Shown in pieces: positions 36,938 to 38,278 of a stretch of DNA of 38,278 nt. The position numbers and the translations under genes are program-made. The first letter of the stretch is position 1, and each line of letters starts with the position of its first letter. The DNA is from Candidatus Moanibacter sp. (GTDB lineage: Bacteria; Verrucomicrobiota; Verrucomicrobiia; Opitutales; UBA2987). The stretch spans positions 1-38,278 of the forward strand of contig CBDCEW010000025.1 of assembly GCA_965215885.1 (NCBI GenBank), read 5' to 3'. The notes under the pieces are model-generated. The model saw only the letters and a list, made by a program, of their open reading frames with translations, was not told the origin of the DNA and ran no database searches.

Positions 36938-37618
36938 TCAGCTCTTCCCCTCCGAACCACTCCTCTCTTCATGGTCTTCCGTCACTTCTTTACCTTCTGC
37001 CACTCCCTCGCCTTCTTCGTCTGCCACAGCTTCTTCCTCTTCTTCCTCCACTTCTTCTACGAACGCCGGCATGACGCATGAAACAATCGATTTCTCGGGA
37101 TCATCCAATATGGTAACATTTTCGATCGGCTTCAAATCGCCCACGTGAAGGGAACTGCCCACCTGCATTTCCGAAACATCGATCTCTAAAATCTCCGGCA
37201 GGTATCTGGGGAAACACCGGACTCCCACTTCGTGTAAATGAATCTCCAGGAGGCCTCCTTCAATTCGCACGCCTTCCGCTTCACCTATTATATCCACAGC
37301 CACGTTTGTCTGCATTTGCACACCAGCCGCAATCTCCTTAAAATCAATGTGCAGAAACTCATCAGTCATCGGATTGCGCTGCACCTCCTGAATAAGAGAT
37401 CGCTTCGGCTTCTCACCCTCTTCGATCACCTGAATCAACGTCGAGGTTCCCACAACTCGGCTCCAAAGAGTGCGGAACTCAGCCATATCGATTGAGAGTA
37501 CCCGTGTTCCGGAATTCCCGTATATAACGGCGGGAATCCTTCCTTGCGTTCTCAATCGCCTTGTCGGTCCACGTCCTGTCTCTTCCCGGGGACTGACTCT
37601 CAATTCATTCTGTTTCAT
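36938..37618 (-). CDS. rplY: 50S ribosomal protein L25/Ctc
   Basis: RRLR..GRIPAVIYG, QEVQRNP....LHIDF, acidic tail. Confidence 0.96.
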   Translation of the reverse strand: MKQNELRVSPREETGRGPTRRLRTQGRIPAVIYGNSGTRVLSIDMAEFRTLWSRVVGTSTLIQVIEEGEKPKRSLIQEVQRNPMTDEFLHIDFKEIAAGVQMQTNVAVDIIGEAEGVRIEGGLLEIHLHEVGVRCFPRYLPEILEIDVSEMQVGSSLHVGDLKPIENVTILDDPEKSIVSCVMPAFVEEVEEEEEEAVADEEGEGVAEGKEVTEDHEERSGSEGKS

Positions 37619-37814
37619 CGCAAAAAGCGTTCCATAAATAGGTTCGAGATATCAAAATGCAACCAAAAGAAAAAAAGAATTTGCTTTCGCTGAAGAGGCT
37701 GTCAACTTAATCGGTCTCTCTCTCGCAAGGGAGCGCTTTCAAACACCAACTCTCTTTCTGATATCGGCAATTCACCGATCGCACATCTGACGTCTAACTC
37801 AAAAAGAAGGAAGT

Positions 37815-38278
37815 ATGGTCATCAAAAAACTGAGAGATTACCTCGATTCTCATGATATCAAATATGTAGTTATCAGCCATTCTCTAGCCTATAGTGCCCA
37901 GGAAATTGCCGCCCTTACCCACATCCCAGGCAGACAAATGGCAAAAACTATCATCGTCAATGTAGCCGGTGCGTTGGCCATGGCCGTGCTCCCCGCAAGT
38001 TACAATATTAATTTCAATCGCCTCTTCCTCGCCACCGGCAGCGGCGACGTATTTCTCGCCCCGGAAGACGAAATCGAGGCGCTTTTTCCTGATTGTGAAG
38101 TTGGAGCCATGCCTCCTTTCGGGAACCTTTACGGCTTGGATGTGTATGTAGCCCAGAGCCTTACCGAGGATGAGTTTATCGCCTTCAACGCCGGTTCACA
38201 CACCGAACTCATTAAAATGGCTTACAAGGACTTTGAGCGACTCGTCTACCCCAAGGTGTTGAGCTTTACCACCCGCTA
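37815..38278 (+). CDS. YbaK/EbsC (aminoacyl-tRNA deacylase) family protein, runs off the window end
   Basis: Not in the ORF track. MVIKKLRDYLDSHDIKY...AKTIIV...AVLPA...FPDCEVGAMPPFG...FNAGSHTELIKM; the window ends on 'ta', probably within the stop codon. Confidence 0.9.
   Translation, partial: MVIKKLRDYLDSHDIKYVVISHSLAYSAQEIAALTHIPGRQMAKTIIVNVAGALAMAVLPASYNINFNRLFLATGSGDVFLAPEDEIEALFPDCEVGAMPPFGNLYGLDVYVAQSLTEDEFIAFNAGSHTELIKMAYKDFERLVYPKVLSFTTR

Overview
Bacterial genomic window. The right-hand housekeeping block (rplY-pth-rpsF-ssb-rplI-dnaB-bamA-skp-lpxD-prs-degP-like) suggests Verrucomicrobiota/Opitutales, by inference only. The left ~22 kb is accessory DNA. Highlights: (1) A candidate new RiPP locus at 219-2745. 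A GT8-like glycosyltransferase ORF runs in-frame into a His/aromatic pentapeptide-repeat module that has its own RBS+ATG, and this overlaps the start of an RRE-radical SAM/SPASM enzyme. (2) A complete IS110 element (10935-12638). Its CT core, circle-junction promoter, bridge-RNA target and donor guides and empty target site can all be reconstructed from the sequence; it has inserted into one arm of a small inverted-repeat element. (3) An OsmC-family gene with in-frame TGA at the second catalytic Cys plus a SECIS-like hairpin (probable selenoprotein). (4) A ~380-nt structured, group-II-intron-like non-coding region. (5) An internally deleted vapC. (6) Two exact duplications that frameshift genes (91 bp in a hypothetical gene, 40 bp inside lpxD) and may be assembly artefacts. 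Also present: two class III nucleotide cyclases, TPR proteins, an Ldh_2 oxidoreductase, MFS, SulP/CBS, SDR, a secreted serine protease and GTAG-type REP repeats. All calls come from reading motifs by eye; no searches were run.
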